A stretch of DNA of 56,742 bases, counting the filler, from Jimgerdemannia flammicorona (taxonomy: Eukaryota), in NCBI GenBank assembly GCA_003990765.1. It is 2 parts of 2 records of this genome, joined end to end, with 100 filler letters (N's around TTAATTAATTAA, not from the genome) between each part and the next. Parts side by side here need not be neighbours in the genome. Positions count along the whole stretch, not along the records: positions 28,424 to 56,742 come from RBNJ01000569.1; 1 more part is not named here. One strand, written 5' to 3'. Positions 51,700-56,742 of the stretch are shown here, piece after piece (within the stretch, counting starts at the first letter, position 1; the number at the start of each line of letters is the position of its first letter). The notes under the pieces are model-generated. The model had not been told where the DNA came from, ran no database searches, and saw only the letters and a program-made list of their open reading frames with translations. Both the position numbers and the translations under genes were made by a program.

Positions 51700-54185
51700 G
51701 GAGACAGTGAAGCCTTCCACCAATATTGGAGAAGAATTGACACCTCAACAACAGCAACAACTAGTAGAACTTCTCAACAAATATCAAGATATATTCACCA
51801 CCAATTATGGCAACCTGCCATACAACCTATCATATTACCATAGCATAAATACAGGAAGTGCAACACCCATTTAGCAGAAACCCTATAGAATACCCCATCA
51901 CTTGAAAACATTCCAAAAAGAGCACATTCAAGAACTCTTAGACAATAGAGTCATCCGACCCTCCACTAGCCCCTGGGCCAGCCCTATACTTATTGTACCA
52001 AAGAAAGGAGGATGGAGACTCTGTGTGGATTACAGAAAACTCAATTCAGTCACTGAGAAGAATGCTTATCCTTTGCCCAGAATCAATGACCTTTTGGATC
52101 AGTTACAGGATACCAGATACTTCAGCAGTATGGACCTCTTCACAGGATTCCATGAGATCCCCATGGACCCCAAGGATATTCAAAAGACAGCCTTCCTTGC
52201 TCTAGAAAAACTGTTTGAATACCTCCAAATACCCTTTGGACTCTGCAATGTACCCCACACCTTTCAGAGGATGATGAATTCAGTCTATGCCCCCTTGATC
52301 CACCACTACCTAATTATATACATGGATGATTCCAATATCTATTCAGTGAATTTCAAAGAACACCTGCACCACCTAGAGGAATTCTTCAAGCTCACCTGCA
52401 AGAATTACTTGAGATTGAATGCAAAGAAATGCTACTTTGGAAAACAGAAACTTGAATTCCTAGAATTCATGGTTTCAAAAGAAGGAACTCATGCAGACCC
52501 AAAGAAAACCAAGAAGATCAACAATTGGCCAGTACTCAAGACTCCAAAAGAAACACTATCATTCCTGATGCTAGTATCCTACTACAGAAGATTCATCAAG
52601 GATTTTGCCCAAATCACTGCCCCAATCCGAATCCTTCTCAAGAAAGGAATACCATTCAAATAGACAGAATCACAAGAAAAAGCCTTCAGAGAACTCAAGA
52701 ACCATATGACTACAGCACCAATCCTTGTGCACCCCAATCTATAGAAGCCATTCATCTTGTATACAGATGCTTCCAAAGATGGCCTAGGAGCAGTTCTAGC
52801 CCAAGAAGGACCTGATTAACAGCACCATGTGATAGCTTATACAAGCAGAGCTACAAATCAGCAGCAGATGAACTATGGTAGTACTAAACTGGAATATCTT
52901 GCAGTCATATGGGTGGTCACTCTGTTCAAGCATTATCTTATCAGAAAAAGGTTCACTCTGATCACAGACCATGCAGCCCTCAAATAGCTATTCAACTATA
53001 AGGAATCTGCTAGAATCCTAGCCCACTGGATCCTTATCCTTCAGGATTACAAAATCACAATTATTCACAAAGCAGGAAAAGCCCACAACAATATTGATGT
53101 ACTTTCCCACCAGCCCCAATGAACCAGAAGAAGGGTGTCCCGAGGAACCACATCTTAAAGAAAGCTCCTCAGACTATCAAGGAATAAGAAGATCTCATCC
53201 GACAAGAACATCAGAAAGCCCACCAAGGACAGACAAGCACAGAAGACAAGATTCGAAAACAATATCAACATTGGCCCTACCTCAGAACCCAAGTCCAAGA
53301 TATAATTCAGAAATGTGACATCTGCCAGAAGTACTAAGGAAAGAAGAACTATCAAGTCCCTCTGCAACTGATTCCCCCACCCACTCACATCTTTCAAAGA
53401 TGGAGAATAGATGTAATTGGACCTCTACCAGTTACACCAAGAAGAAAAAAATATATTCTTGTATTTGTGGAATATCTGACCAAGTGGCCTGAGGCTTTTC
53501 CAAAGGAAATCACAGATGCCCTAACCATTGTAGGCCTTCTCCATGGACTCATACTCAGATATAGACCCCCAGAAGAACTCATCTCTGACTGAGGCACAGA
53601 ATTTGTCAACAATATAATCATAAGTTATACTCGAATTCACAAGATACATCTCAAATAGACTATATCATATCATCCCCAGACCAATGACATGACAGAAAGG
53701 ATGAACCAGATCATCAAGAAAGGACTTGCCTGAGTTAATTCTACCAATTGGGACCTCTGCTTACCTGAGATCCTATGGGAAATTCAGAACACCCCTGCTA
53801 CCTCAACCAAACAAAAGCTATTTGAAATGATGTTTGCTAAGAAAACGAGAACTGCTGACCATGAGAACCTTGGAGATCTTCTCAAGAAGGCAGAACAGTT
53901 ATGTAATCAGATCTGAGGTCAGATTATCAAAACCCAAGAAAGACAAAAGAAGTACTATGACCAAAGACAAAAGGATCAGGAGATCAAGATTGGAGATCAA
54001 GTACTAGTTTGGAGAAGCATGATTGAAATGAACTTTGCTACCAAATTGGAGCCCAAATGGGAAGGACCTTATCTTGTATACAACATCAGAGGAACCAGTA
54101 TCTATTTAAGAAGCATGGATGGACAAACTCTGAAAACACCAGTACACATCAATCACCTCAAGATATACCTCTTCTCACACCATAA
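51700..54185 (+). pseudogene. Gypsy 2 RT-RNase H-integrase
   Basis: SPWASPILIVPKK..WRLCVDYRKLN, YPLPRI, YMDD; LYTDASKDGLGAVLAQ, LITDHAAL; integrase CDICQ, IDVIGPLP, LISD*GTEF, YHPQTN..TERMN, KLEPKWEGPY. Confidence 0.95.
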
Positions 54186-54733
54186 ACCAGAGAATTGACA
54201 ACTGCCTCCAAACCCTTGTCCTCAGTTCCCTCCAAGCCCTACCAGTTCCCCTGCCTCAGTTCCAGGAACTCAATGGAACATATCTCCAGAAAATCTGAGT
54301 TCATCAAGAGAACCTTACTCTGGCTGAGAGGCTACTCCAGATCTACCAGCTATAGACATATTATGCAATTGGAGAACAATTGCAGAATCTTTCTCTCTCA
54401 GACCTAGTCTATGTCCATAACACCACTGGTCTGAACAGAAGGAATACTACTGCTGCAGACAGACTATATACAATATACAAACAAAATCCTTCTGCCTTAA
54501 TCCAGGCCCAGTTCTTCCTGAATAACCTCCAAAGGATGATACTGCTCACCTACCTCAGTATCATTTACCAAGTGAAGATCCTATTTCCTGAGGAAGAAGA
54601 AGAGCCCCTGGAATAGAGTGACCATAGCTCAGATGATGATGATAGAACAGATATAGATATAGAAGCTGCTTATGCCTATTGGGATGATGACTAAAGAATA
54701 GTCTGGGACAGACTACCCTTCAGTAAGGGCTGA

Positions 54734-56595
54734 TGTAACAGACCAAAACATGCCATCTGAATTATAACTTAGCCAGATGACATGAACAATTAGCATACTT
54801 ACCCAGTATGATGTGACTTCCAGTATTTCATAGTTACCCATACACACCACACTTATAATTAGCCAAGATACCAGATCAGGATTATTTATCTATATCCTGA
54901 AGACACACTCATATCCTGCAGACACACTCATGTCCTGCAGACACACTCATGTCCTGTGGACATGCCTGTACTCTGAGGATACACCCAAGCATTACCAGAA
55001 GTAGTAAATCTATAGTTAGCCACATAGCAACCAGATAGCAACCAACTTGTATAAATTACCCCAGAGATAAGAGTGAATAAACCTCAGTCCAAAATTGAAG
55101 CAATAGACAAGTCTGCCTACCACACTTCAAGAGGAACTCTACAGCCACTACTAGGAGATTGTAAGCTTATTTTCCCACTCCAGTCCACTTTCCGATACAA
55201 AGAATGAGTCCAAATTGAAGTGTAAACCAAAGAAACCTCTAAAGATTGAGCATTGGTCTCCTTATTCCACTCCGGTCCACTTTCTGATATAAAGCTGATT
55301 TTGCCACCAAGTTTAAGGAAGAACTTTGCTGCCTTTGGAATTATTGGTTTGCTTGTCAGATAAGCCTGAAGATTCAGCTACAGCTCTCCTATTCTCTACC
55401 ACCATATGCCAGACCTCAATCCCACCAGTCCTCCCCTGTCCCCCAGCCCCTCCTGCAGCTACACCAGCCCCTGCAGCAGCTGCAAAGCTCTTGGGAATAC
55501 CCAGACCAGGCCTCCTCCTCTCCAGATATTTAGAGCTAGAGGAATCTTGACTAGCCATGTTGCCAAAACTTGACGGTTTTCCTTGAAACTTATTGTACCT
55601 TATAGGTAGACTCCCGCTGCATGATGTACACCAGTATATTCAAAATAAAAACTTGAAAACATGTTGTCTTTCGCTGAAAGATGTCTGTGTGGCTTAAAAA
55701 AAAAAAAAAAATAAGCCTGATGATTTCCACTGTCCAAAAGAAAGCTGCCTTGCTTAAGCCAGTTTCTGATATAACTTTACAGTGATCTGTTTGCACAAAC
55801 AAAGCCAGTCTTTGATGCAACTTTGCCAAGAGACCCTTTCCAAGCCACCATCCCATTTCCCAGTTAAAACTGCCAATTCTAGAGAATCTGCATCATCTAC
55901 CACCTTTTGAGTTATCTGCCATATTCCCAGTTGAAGCCACTAATTCAGGAAGAATCTGTGCCATCATATTCCCAGAAGAACCTGATTTGGAAGAACCCAT
56001 GCCATCTGAGTTAATTCCTAGTTAAGCCATTGTTTTCAAGAAGACCACTGATTTAGGAAGAATCTGTGTCATCTGCCATTTCTGAGTTATTATTCCCAGA
56101 AGAGCCCAATTCACACCATCTGAGTTATCCATTATTCTCAGTGAGCCAAATCGAGTTATCCATCAAAATATCAGAATGTCCTGTATAAGGAATCTGCTAC
56201 ACTATACAAAGATCACCCACTACCCAAGAAGGAGAACTACTAAATTGCCAGACCATCATGTACAAGATTGTTGCACTATACAGAAATCACCTGCTACTCA
56301 AGAAGGAAACCGCTCATGCTATACATGAAATTCTGTCATTCCCAGTTGACTCAATAAGGAAACCAGTTCACATACACAATTGCCACTACACCCAGAGAAC
56401 CATCTCAATTAGGAAATTGACATATGTACAAACTGCTTGCAGATATCCAGCTTTGACTATTATACCACTAAACACCAAGGACCTCAGGAATCCTAGAACA
56501 TTTTGTTGCTTTTTGACAAAGTAACTGGGGGCTCAAGCCAAACTACATCAACTCCCAATCTTATAATTTGCCTCTATTGAGCCAGGCACATTACA
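54734..56595 (+). repeat. 3' LTR of Gypsy 2, containing a 336-bp insertion
   Basis: Starts TGTAACAGACC, ends CATTACA; colinear with the 5' LTR. Confidence 0.95.
55375..55710 (+). mobile_element. Retrotransposed insert: inverted LINE 5' end plus poly(A), 15-bp TSD
   Basis: TSD ATAAGCCTGA(A/T)GATT at 55360-55374 and 55711-55725 (single copy in the 5' LTR); A run at 55696-55710; minus strand reads ACATCTTTC..5'UTR..MASQDSSS...KSFAAAAGAG (ORF1-like start). Confidence 0.85.
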
Positions 56596-56742
56596 ATATT
56601 TTTACTATTAGACTATTTATCATCTTGCTCTCTATTCTCATTATTCTCTCTGTTCTCATTATTCTCTCTTTTCTTATTATCTTCTCTGTTCTTATTATTC
56701 TTATTATTCTTAATATTCTTATTATTTTTTCTGTTTTTTTTT

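Larger units (their letters stand above)
45664..56595 (+). mobile_element. Full-length decayed Ty3/Gypsy LTR retrotransposon 2 with dUTPase
   Basis: LTRs 45664-47209 and 54734-56595 (TG...CA); 4-bp TSD ATAT at 45660-45663 and 56596-56599; PBS at 47212; domain order gag (decayed CCHC ~48580-48625), protease, insert, dUTPase, RT, RNase H, integrase. Confidence 0.96.

Overview
Eukaryotic (fungal; intron-rich genes and TE types suggest an early-diverging, Mucoromycota-like lineage, which is my inference) genomic DNA. Two contigs appear to be joined by an artificial N44-TTAATTAATTAA-N44 spacer at 28324-28423. Three CpG-depleted, C->T/G->A hypermutated blocks of nested transposons (about 1-18.4 kb, 28.4-36.15 kb, 44.05-56.7 kb) alternate sharply with two CpG-rich gene islands. 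The islands hold an ACBP-ankyrin (ACBD6-like) gene, an HMT1/ABCB6-like half ABC transporter cut off by the spacer, a signal peptide-PA-TM-RING E3 ligase and several unidentifiable coding-like stretches. The TE blocks hold decayed L1/Tx1-like LINEs, two Ty3/Gypsy elements with both LTRs (one with a dUTPase, a Cys/His-rich insert and an extra 3' ORF), a 2-kb solo-LTR-like element carrying a reconstructable 365-codon ORF (two copies), three copies of a 1.2-kb poly(A) retroposon with a fixed 5' end, and an inverted LINE 5' fragment with poly(A) and TSD that looks like a twin-priming product. Repeat copies differ by CpA->TpA as well as CpG transitions, a RIP-like signature.
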